Shown: positions 56,042 through 64,000 of the stretch, piece after piece | Numbering within the stretch: position 1 is the first letter of the stretch | How the letters are laid out: every line of letters starts with the position of its first letter | Assembly (NCBI GenBank): GCA_027923505.1 | Contig: BROI01000001.1 | Span: 806,001-870,000, forward strand | Source of the DNA: Mayamaea pseudoterrestris | Taxonomy: Eukaryota | DNA: 64,000 nucleotides | Direction: 5' to 3' | Program-made: the position numbers and the translations under genes | The notes under the pieces: generated by a model | The model's database searches: none | Told to the model about the DNA's origin: nothing | What the model saw: only the letters and a program-made list of their open reading frames with translations

Positions 56042-58441
56042 ATGAGTAGCTTCTCTAGTTCGAAATTCTTTTTTCCAATAGTCGCCGTGACTCTGGCAGT
56101 TGGCGCAGCAACAATATTTTATGTTTTTAAGGAACAACGAAAGGAGATAGACGAGTCTGAAACCAAGACGAATAGAGGCTCTGCATCGGACGAAGCAACA
56201 GGATCAGCCAAAGATAGCGATATTGTAGCAGCTGCCTCCGCAAGTCAATCCGCAGCTACAAAGGCCAAATCTCCCACCCGAGCAGCTCCAAGTGCTCGCA
56301 GCAAGGCTCTTCAGGCACGCATTCAAGCATTCGATAAACTGGGCCCAGACAAACGCATTTACAATAGCGACGTGTTAAATTCAATCGAGTCGCTTGAAAA
56401 GGAAGGAGAAACAGCTCACAAAGCCAGCATTGATTCAATTTTGGCTGCCAACAAGTCCAACTCGCCCGTTCGACCAGCTTGGATGGAGAAGAAGCTTCGA
56501 AGCACTGCGTCGACGATTTCGAACAGCAGCACCCCTACTACTAGTAGTCCCACGAAGACACCGAAATCGCAAACGTCGACAACGCCAGAGTTTGTCAAGA
56601 TTCGAGCGCGCATGCAAAAGAATGAATCGGAGAGTGACGAACAACCAGATGCACCAGCGACGGGCGCACCTATTGATGAGCCCACGCCGTTTACCAACGA
56701 AACGAGCGAAAGCAATCCTGCAACTGGATCAACGGAAGACCCACTGGCAGCATCCTCCTCCGAGTCATTGTCATGGGTGCAGGTTGATGGTGGATCAGAC
56801 TCGCGGCGGTCTAGCCCTTCTAGTCCAACGCTGTCGGATGGAGTGATTGTGTCAGAGCAGCAGTCGCCAACCAATCAGCACAGTGAAGACGAGCGACTAG
56901 AGGCAGAAGCTGAGGCGGAAGCATACATGCAGGATTATCTCGCTAATCAGGCTGTCGACAATGCGCAAGCTGATAGAGTCAGCACTGTGGCTGGTGAGGA
57001 GGAAACGGCTGGATACGCCGAGGAGAATGCTAGGTTTGAAAGATGTGAGGCTTTAGAGGCTGCTCGAGTGGCCGACAAAGAGGCATCTGTGCAGCATGAT
57101 AAGGCGGAAGCTGCTAATATGGCTGAAGAGAATGCCAGAATTGAACGCTGTGAAGCGCTCGAAGCTGCTCGAGTGGCTGACGAGGAGGCGTCTGATGAGC
57201 ACGATAATGCTCAAGCTGCTAATCTGGCCGAGGAGAATGCTAGAATCGAACGCTGCGAAGCGCTAGAAGCTACTCGAGTGGCTGACGACGACCCGTCCGT
57301 AATATCCTACGGCGCAGAAGCCACTAGCTCCGAGAAAGAACAAGCTGACGAGAAAAGGGACGCAATTAATGCAGCACCTCTCCTAGCGGAGGAAAACGCG
57401 AGAATTAAATGCTGCGAAGCATTGGAGGCTGCTCGATTGGCAGAGGAGCAAGCTGCTATCGAGCGCGATGCTGCGGAAGCGGCTCGTTTAGCAGAGGAAG
57501 AAGCTAAGCGAGACCGTGAGGCGGCAAGTGAAGCAGCTCGTTTAGCAGAGCAACAAGCTGAATTGGAACGTGCCACTGCCGAGACGGCTCGTTTGGCTGA
57601 GGAGCAAGCCAGAAAAGATCGGGAATTGTTGGAAGCGGCACGCTTAGAGGAAGAGAAAGCCCAGCAAGAACGCGAGGCTGCCGCTGAAGCAGCTCGCCTT
57701 GCCGAGGAGCAAGCCCGGTTGGAACGTGAAAAAGCAGAAGCAGCTCGCTTGGTGGCAGAAAAAGTCAAAAAAGACTTTGAGGCCGCAACGGCTGCTGCTT
57801 TGGCCGAAGAAGAAGCAATAAAAGAAGCTACACGTTTGGCAGCCGAAGCGGCAGTATCGCAGGCTCAAAGTGTACGCGAAACAGCCGTTCGATTGGAGGA
57901 AGAAAATGGACGATTGGAACGCGAGACAGAGCGTTTAGCTGAAGAAGAGGCTTGCATTCAACGTTTGGCTGAAGAAGATGCAGCATCCGAGGCAGACGAA
58001 GAAGCTTCAATAGCCGAGGTCGCTCGTTTGGAGGCAGAAATGGAGGAAGCTTTCCGAAGACAGGTTGAGACTGTGGAGGCAGCTCGCAAAGACGCGGAAG
58101 CTGCTGAAAAATTGTTAGCCGAAGCCGAAGAAGCGGAGCTGGCTCGTCAGCAAAAGGCTATCGAATTGAAGCTCGACCAGGAGGCCGAAGAAGCTCGCAT
58201 GAGCGCAGAAGAATTAGCCTTGCGTAGAGAGCAGGAAGAGAGGCTTGCAGCTGAAATCGACTTTGAAAACAAACGACTTGAGGCGGCCCTCGCAGAAAGT
58301 GAACGAATTAGAGCTGCAACCAAGCGGGAGATGGAACTTGTGGCTGCGGAAGGGGAGGTGACAGCGCGACTGGAAGCCGAAATTGCATCCGAAATGGCCA
58401 AGCAGCATGTTAAGTTTGAGGGCTCACATCTTTACCGGTAG
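56042..58441 (+). CDS. N-terminally membrane-anchored protein with long Glu/Ala/Arg-rich helical repeats
   Basis: Start MSSFSSSKFFFPIVAVTLAVGAATIFYVF (single TM), then an S/T/P-rich linker, 35-aa repeats AEENARIERCEALEAARVAD, and EAARLAEE repeats. Confidence 0.8.
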   Translation: MSSFSSSKFFFPIVAVTLAVGAATIFYVFKEQRKEIDESETKTNRGSASDEATGSAKDSDIVAAASASQSAATKAKSPTRAAPSARSKALQARIQAFDKLGPDKRIYNSDVLNSIESLEKEGETAHKASIDSILAANKSNSPVRPAWMEKKLRSTASTISNSSTPTTSSPTKTPKSQTSTTPEFVKIRARMQKNESESDEQPDAPATGAPIDEPTPFTNETSESNPATGSTEDPLAASSSESLSWVQVDGGSDSRRSSPSSPTLSDGVIVSEQQSPTNQHSEDERLEAEAEAEAYMQDYLANQAVDNAQADRVSTVAGEEETAGYAEENARFERCEALEAARVADKEASVQHDKAEAANMAEENARIERCEALEAARVADEEASDEHDNAQAANLAEENARIERCEALEATRVADDDPSVISYGAEATSSEKEQADEKRDAINAAPLLAEENARIKCCEALEAARLAEEQAAIERDAAEAARLAEEEAKRDREAASEAARLAEQQAELERATAETARLAEEQARKDRELLEAARLEEEKAQQEREAAAEAARLAEEQARLEREKAEAARLVAEKVKKDFEAATAAALAEEEAIKEATRLAAEAAVSQAQSVRETAVRLEEENGRLERETERLAEEEACIQRLAEEDAASEADEEASIAEVARLEAEMEEAFRRQVETVEAARKDAEAAEKLLAEAEEAELARQQKAIELKLDQEAEEARMSAEELALRREQEERLAAEIDFENKRLEAALAESERIRAATKREMELVAAEGEVTARLEAEIASEMAKQHVKFEGSHLYR

Positions 58442-58646
58442 AGTTTCATGTAAAATGAGTAGAAGTCATCAATTTTACTTGTGTCTGTGACTACCAGGTA
58501 ACGATCAATTAGTCGCTACAGCTAATGGCTCATTGCCGACGATAAGAGGCATGCTATTTAATTTGACTTGATAACCCAGAAGGCTCTCAAAAGGGTACAC
58601 TATGAATGCTATGTATGTTTCCCAACCCTTCATTTCAGTCATTGAG

Positions 58647-59474
58647 CTATGGCACGGCAATCTTGTAGATGCACACACCTATTAGCAAGGTCATGCCCGA
58701 GACGAGTTCAAGTTCCGACCCACCAGCAAGTTGAATTAGCGGCTCATTTTCAGTGTAAATGTATGATCCATTGGTTGAACCAGTATCCTTGTAATAGAGT
58801 TTGCGCGTCTTTTTACTAACTCCAAACTCGGAATGCGTGGTTGAAACTTCCAAGTCATCCGACAAGCTCAACCCCTTGTTTGTAAAGTGAATGCCCCTAG
58901 AACGACCAACCTTGCATGGCTTCTCAAAAGTAGGTTGCACCACCCATTCTTTGCCAATGTAGCATTCGCCAGCCTTCTTTTGACTTGCAATGCATGTGAT
59001 TCGTATGTACGGAAGGTTGGGGTCAATGGTGCGACCGCAAATTGTTTCTGGTGGCGCCTTGCGTCCAACAGGCCTGGTAAAGGGCTTCTTCAATTCCTTG
59101 CCAGTCTTTCCAGCAAGTTTAGACGCAATGCTTTGACCTTGATTCTCCTTGAAATTGCCAGCGAGAGCATCGGTGTGAGTTTGCCACAAAGCATTCTTGA
59201 TTGTTTCAAACTTCGACTTGAGCGCATCAATTTTTGCGTCGTAGGAAGCGCTCATGATCTCACTCTGAAAGCCAAGCTCCTGCTCCAGGAGCTGTTCTAT
59301 TGACATGTCAGGTGGGACTAGAAGTAGAAGGAAGGAATGGAAGGATGAATGAGTCCCTGCCACAAACGAATGCATCACTATTTGCTTCGCGCTTCGCGCA
59401 CCATGCATCGCCAACAAGTAAATCACGCACGTACCATCATTAGAGAAATCGTAAGAATTGTATCGAAAATCCAT
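58647..59474 (-). CDS. FHA-domain protein
   Basis: Likely exons 59474-59435 and 59317-58647 (117-bp GT-AG intron that keeps the frame open). FHA motifs KVGRS, VSTTH and YKDTGSTNGSY. Confidence 0.85.
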   Translation of the reverse strand: MDFRYNSYDFSNDGTCVIYLLAMHGARSAKQIVMHSFVAGTHSSFHSFLLLLVPPDMSIEQLLEQELGFQSEIMSASYDAKIDALKSKFETIKNALWQTHTDALAGNFKENQGQSIASKLAGKTGKELKKPFTRPVGRKAPPETICGRTIDPNLPYIRITCIASQKKAGECYIGKEWVVQPTFEKPCKVGRSRGIHFTNKGLSLSDDLEVSTTHSEFGVSKKTRKLYYKDTGSTNGSYIYTENEPLIQLAGGSELELVSGMTLLIGVCIYKIAVP

Positions 59475-59721
59475 TGCAGTGCTAATGATTGTTTTGCAAT
59501 AGTAGATGAAGGTATCAACCAATGTAGCAGCTTGGTGCAGCGCTATGATGTGAGTTGGGATGGAAGATGGAATGGTCGCCAACAAAAAGTGGTCGTCGCC
59601 ATCGTCGCCTCGCTAACGAGCGGCCCGGCGCGCGTGCTGTCCCGGTGCGAGCTGCGATTAGAACCACTTTGCGCGTGTCACCATGCGCATTATTTGCCCC
59701 GCAATCACAACAGACGCAACC

Positions 59722-60304
59722 ATGGATTCAAACGTCCAAGACTTATCATTCTCGATTGTATGGTCGCCCCTTCCATTCGTTACATGGCTATTACCCTTCA
59801 TTGGCCATTTGGGAATCTGCGACAGCCAAGGCATTGCATCAGACTTTCGAGGCAGCTACTACGTTGGAAGTGATGGACGCATGGCCTTTGGAGCTCCAAC
59901 AAGAGCACTCAAAGTTGACGTTGGGGAAATAGGAGCGGAACAATGGGATGCAGCCATACGGCAGGCTAATTCCACTTACAATCAACGAATTCATAATATT
60001 TGCTGCGACAAGTAAGTGCCTGCACCACCATTGTGCCAATTGTGCCATTCTGAAGCATGAGCAAGCAAACGACAAACAAATGCAACATCTAACATTCTTT
60101 TCATCGCCCAGTTGTCACTCTCATGTCGCATGCGCACTGAATGACATGCATGTACGAGCCTTTGGGATTGAAAAGTGGAGCATGATCAACCTTTGCTTCC
60201 TCATGTTCTTTCGCTCCAGGTTTCTGTATCAATGGGCAATCTTGTCGCAGTTTGGACCACTACTCCTTCTGATATTGATTATTACTCTGGTCAAGACGCT
60301 TTAG
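59722..60304 (+). CDS. RTE1-like / TMEM222 (DUF778) membrane protein
   Basis: Exons 59722-60011 and 60112-60304. SIVWSPLPFVTWLLPFIGHLGICDSQG, DFRGSYYV, MAFGAPTR, WDAAI, and HNICCD-NCHSHVACALN restored across the intron. Confidence 0.92.
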
Positions 60305-60392
60305 CTAAATAGAGTTATTTGTATATATCTTCGCAGAGCCTTGTATGTTTGCAAAATGCAGTCGTAATGAACACTGCATGTACTCCACTCCA

Positions 60393-61340
60393 TTAACCAA
60401 ACACATCTCGAACAATGCGATCAGCTAGGCTTTCATCGTCCTTGTCCGAGTTTAAGAAGAAAGCATCGAGTCCACGGTAGACTGCCAGCAAGAAGACTGG
60501 TCCCATGATGTAGGTCATTGGCATGAGTGGCCAATGCCAGATAAACTTGCGCCAAGTAATCTCCGACCAGCGCCACAACATGGCTAGGTAGTTGGGATAG
60601 TGGATCAAGTGGTTATTGAAAAAGCTGACCATGATCAGCATCATGCAGGAAACAACTGTGGATATAAAGACGTTCATCTTCCTGACTGACAATGGTTGAT
60701 CTGGGCGTGGAATTCCAAACGTCAGCGCAATCGAGCCCAGCCAGTTGAGCAAGCCTTGACCGATTAAAATTTGACAAGTTAAATACTCAAACTCAAAGTT
60801 CTCGCGCAAAACTGACATTGGAGTGCTTTCACCATGCACATGAACCTTGGCCAAGGCGGCTGGCGGCAGTGCCATGAGCATGGATCTTGTAATGAGACTG
60901 AAAAAGATGCAGCTTAGCACCATGGTAAAGGCTGACACAAGGAGAAACTTGGTCATCTTCTTAGCTATACGAAGCATTTTGGAGTCTCCTGGTTTAATAC
61001 TCAAGTCGGAATCGGCGCGCATGATTTGGTAAAGGTTCGAAAGCACAGCTCCTGAAACCATTGATGCCGGCCCAGCAAGACTACCGACCCAATCACTCGC
61101 CTTGCCCACTAGCATTGCAGATTGATCTCCACCACGCAAATTCAGAATTGATGAAGTCGCCATAAGGATGCTTTGACTATCCGATGACGTGCTCGTCAAG
61201 GATTGCGGTTGAAAAGCCAACAAGCGAGGTCGAAGGACAGTCGAGTCGCTCGACGCACCGACAACACATGACAATAGAACAAGGCAGAGCAAAAGACAAA
61301 AGCGTTGTCTCATTGTGGATGTTGGAGCCATTTGTAACAT
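60393..61340 (-). CDS. Hypothetical multi-pass membrane protein with signal peptide and LRGG motif
   Basis: Signal peptide MRQRFCLLLCLVLLSCVVGA (alternative start 61313), Ser-rich spacer ending ILNLRGG, then about 5 hydrophobic segments. Confidence 0.75.
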   Translation of the reverse strand: MLQMAPTSTMRQRFCLLLCLVLLSCVVGASSDSTVLRPRLLAFQPQSLTSTSSDSQSILMATSSILNLRGGDQSAMLVGKASDWVGSLAGPASMVSGAVLSNLYQIMRADSDLSIKPGDSKMLRIAKKMTKFLLVSAFTMVLSCIFFSLITRSMLMALPPAALAKVHVHGESTPMSVLRENFEFEYLTCQILIGQGLLNWLGSIALTFGIPRPDQPLSVRKMNVFISTVVSCMMLIMVSFFNNHLIHYPNYLAMLWRWSEITWRKFIWHWPLMPMTYIMGPVFLLAVYRGLDAFFLNSDKDDESLADRIVRDVFG

Positions 61341-61909
61341 GGATTCGTTGTCGCTTAAGTTGTGGACCAGCGAACTTGATGCGGCTGATCCTTGTCATCC
61401 TTGGTGCAGTCGATCATCCAAGAAAAAATGGGAGCGCGCCGGGCGGCGTTCGAATAGTCCGTTCACTCAACTTTTTGGACGCTGCGAATTGTCATTGCTT
61501 CCTTGCCGAACAAAGATTTGCTCTCTGCAAGAAAGCAAGCTTTGAAGAAAGAGGCAAAAAAGTTTTAGCCTTCATGCGCGACCGCTGTAGCAGTACGTCT
61601 GCCGGCACACAACTTGAGCGCACCCCATAGAGAGTCCGCTTCACCACCTCTCAACTCCCCAGATTTTACCACACGAACATACCGCTAGCAAGCATCAGCC
61701 ACAGCCAGACAACACCTACGATATCATGCACTTGAACACGCACGATTAGTAGCCTACATCCAGGTGAAAGAGTGCTTTGTAAGGAACGTTGAGCCAGCGT
61801 ACGATTTGAGGGTTTTAAAGGGTGACTGCCGGAGATGATAGTTGACATGCACATACAGATTGAGCTATAGATTTGAGACGACATGTTAATTAGATTGCTA
61901 TATGAATCT

Positions 61910-63112
61910 TCAAATACCTTGAAAGACTTGATCATAGCTTGGTAATCCGTCATCACGACTCCAGCCACATCCATCGGATACTCTCTCGTAGACATGCTTT
62001 ACCAGAATGGGGTCCAATGGTAAATCCTGATCGGCAGCAGCAGTATCCATCGGAGCTGTCAACGCCGCCGCCCACGATGCATCTGTTGGAAACGGCCTCG
62101 CGGCTCCTGGAGTTGCTTCATCCCGCGTTCGAATGGACCTCCACAATGCCAGCATCAGCGAAACTCTTCGACAGTTACTACTTTCATCGACGTTATTAGC
62201 ATGACAATTCTTTGACGCTTCCAATACATTTCCCGGAACAACACAATGCAGCACTCGTCCATCCACGTGCAATACACGATTGGTGCGAGCATGCAGCAGC
62301 CAACCCTTGTCGGCCGCCTGTCGCGAGACAAGGCGCTGGTTGGTAATTAGAGTTGGACCGCCATGACTTGTCAAGTATATGATGGAAGTGGTCAATGGAT
62401 GTTTAATGACTGCATCGGCTCCCTCATTGTCCGAGTCAAAATGAAGCTGATGGCCCGTGGCAATGGGGCGGTTGTGTGCCCAAAGTTCCAAATACTTGGC
62501 TTGCTTGGCAGCTGATGGTTGAAAGACTGCAATTTGAGCGAGAATCTTTTGCACGATGCTACCCAGTAAAGTATTTGGAAAAAGCAATGGACTATCCAGT
62601 GGCAAAACATACGAATAGTATGGACTAGGCGGCTCGACTTGGTAATTGTGCGTCGTCCAATACGGAGCTTGCGGATTGAGATAGACGTGATGGAGCCCCT
62701 GCAGCTGTGACGGCGATAGAAAGTCATCAAAGCCGCAACAAGGCACCATAGTGGACGTTCGGCTCGTCGCCCTTTCCATCTGTGAGTTAGTCGCCAGTTG
62801 ATACCCAAGAATTTGTCGCGAAAGTCGACAGACGAAGCCGAGCGACTCCAAAATAGCATCAGCCTTGCGAATGGATTCATCATTGCCATTTTGAATCAGC
62901 AGCAGCGCTAAACGTTCGCTAGCAACCACTCTTTCCTCTGTAGATGATTCTGGATCTTTGTAGATGTGTTCAAAGACGTTTCGAACGTCTTGCAATTGTT
63001 GCGCAACGACCAGGGCATCATCGCGAGGATCCAATCCAAGCCAGCGCCTTCGCGCCTCCTCGAGTCGTAATTTTCTCGACGTATTTTTGTCATTCATCAT
63101 TTTGAAGCTCAT
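61910..63112 (-). CDS. 2-oxoglutarate/Fe(II)-dependent oxygenase-like protein
   Basis: ELWAH, GHQLHFDSD (HxD), IIYL, GGPTL, distal His in DGRVLHCV, and RRVSL (RxS 2OG-binding motif). Confidence 0.78.
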   Translation of the reverse strand: MSFKMMNDKNTSRKLRLEEARRRWLGLDPRDDALVVAQQLQDVRNVFEHIYKDPESSTEERVVASERLALLLIQNGNDESIRKADAILESLGFVCRLSRQILGYQLATNSQMERATSRTSTMVPCCGFDDFLSPSQLQGLHHVYLNPQAPYWTTHNYQVEPPSPYYSYVLPLDSPLLFPNTLLGSIVQKILAQIAVFQPSAAKQAKYLELWAHNRPIATGHQLHFDSDNEGADAVIKHPLTTSIIYLTSHGGPTLITNQRLVSRQAADKGWLLHARTNRVLHVDGRVLHCVVPGNVLEASKNCHANNVDESSNCRRVSLMLALWRSIRTRDEATPGAARPFPTDASWAAALTAPMDTAAADQDLPLDPILVKHVYERVSDGCGWSRDDGLPSYDQVFQGI

Positions 63113-63314
63113 GTGCAGCCACCGGTAGTGGAAAATGGTATACTGCTACAAACGGTGTCGCTACTTGGAACGATGCATTCGACTTGCAATTGTTCTTCGA
63201 CATTTTTTTCGTGGCGCTCAATCCGCTTCTCATTTTCGGCAAGGTTATGAGCGCATCATTCGAACGCTTTCGCGCATCCAAAGTTTGCCCTCACATTTTG
63301 CTGCATCCCTCACC

Positions 63315-64000
63315 ATGAGACGTTTGGCAGTTTCCATGACGAAAAGGCTTGCGTCGAACCGGCACAAATGCTCAAGGCATATTGCTGTAGCTGCGATTGA
63401 TCGAAGGATTTTCATCAATGACGCGAAGCCTTGCAAAATTGGCTTCTGGCGCATGTCGTCGACACTGACTGCTTCCGAAACGACCATTTCTCTCAAAGAC
63501 ATACAACAAGCCAACTTGCGACACGAGGGTCAAATACAAATTCGAGAGACTATAAACAAGGGATGGGGTGTCTTTTCGTTACAAAAGTTTCAAAGAGGCG
63601 ACCTCGTCTTGCGAGCCAAAGGCTTACAGACGTTTACACATGCCAATTCGCACACTATTCAAACCAATTGGCATACTCATGTCATTATGAATCTACCATG
63701 CTTGCTCCTCAACCATGTTTGCAATAGCGCCAATTTGGTAGCTCGCCGGAACGTTGACGGTGCCTACGACTTTTATGCGCATTCCGACATTGTTCCAAGC
63801 GACGAATTCACCTTTGACTACGAAACCACCGAGTACGAGCTGCAGAGTGCGTTTGACTGCCATTGCGGCGATGAAGATTGCCGCAAGCGACTAAAGGGAT
63901 TCAAGTATCATGGTGAAGATGTTTTGCGAGTGTTTGGAAGAGAATATGTCGCGCAATATCTACTGCAAGGCGACAATGACGACGATGAAGCACACGAACA
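63315..64000 (+). CDS. Small SET + postSET protein, truncated by the window edge (absent from the ORF track)
   Basis: Hand translation from ATG 63315: MRRLAVSMTKRLASNRHK...IRETINKGWGVF...LLNHVCNSAN...DIVPSDEFTFDYETTEY...FDCHCGDEDCRKRLKGF; open to the window end. Confidence 0.87.
   Translation, partial: MRRLAVSMTKRLASNRHKCSRHIAVAAIDRRIFINDAKPCKIGFWRMSSTLTASETTISLKDIQQANLRHEGQIQIRETINKGWGVFSLQKFQRGDLVLRAKGLQTFTHANSHTIQTNWHTHVIMNLPCLLLNHVCNSANLVARRNVDGAYDFYAHSDIVPSDEFTFDYETTEYELQSAFDCHCGDEDCRKRLKGFKYHGEDVLRVFGREYVAQYLLQGDNDDDEAHE

Noticed and set aside
1..64000. tRNA, rRNA, telomeric repeats, intact transposase or RT, and the many short overlapping ORFs
   Set aside because: None were recognisable by eye, and the short ORFs are shadows of longer genes. 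tRNAscan-SE, Infernal and RepeatModeler would be needed to exclude small elements.

Overview
Gene-dense eukaryotic nuclear DNA with short spliceosomal introns (about 70-185 bp). The gene set and style (secreted double-SET protein, xxPS mucin with an RxL motif, LRGG pre-sequence) point to a diatom; that assignment is inference. In order: ABCA transporter (7+ exons, two GC-AG introns, runs off the left edge), GCN2 kinase, a 4-TM protein, a giant secreted Pro/Ser mucin-like gene built on a ~7.3 kb 216-bp tandem array, INPP4-like phosphatase, mitochondrial L17, a nucleotidyl-cyclase pseudogene, calpain, a GS-like protein, an 1811-aa SET + cyclin + CDK-like fusion, p24/GOLD, an 1894-aa coiled-coil (TACC-like tail), a secreted double-SET protein, M23 peptidase, AIM24, a DpnI-like Zn-ribbon ORF pair, primase large subunit, LURP/tubby-like protein, an E/A/R-rich anchored protein, FHA protein, RTE1/TMEM222, an LRGG membrane protein, a 2OG-Fe(II) oxygenase and a small SET protein cut by the right edge. 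The best candidates for something new are the single-chain histone methyltransferase-cyclin-pseudoCDK protein, and TA-CCGG-TA palindromes that look like DNA-transposon excision footprints, one of which interrupts a conserved cyclase motif. No rRNA, tRNA, CRISPR or intact mobile element was recognised. All domain calls are from motifs read by eye, not database searches.
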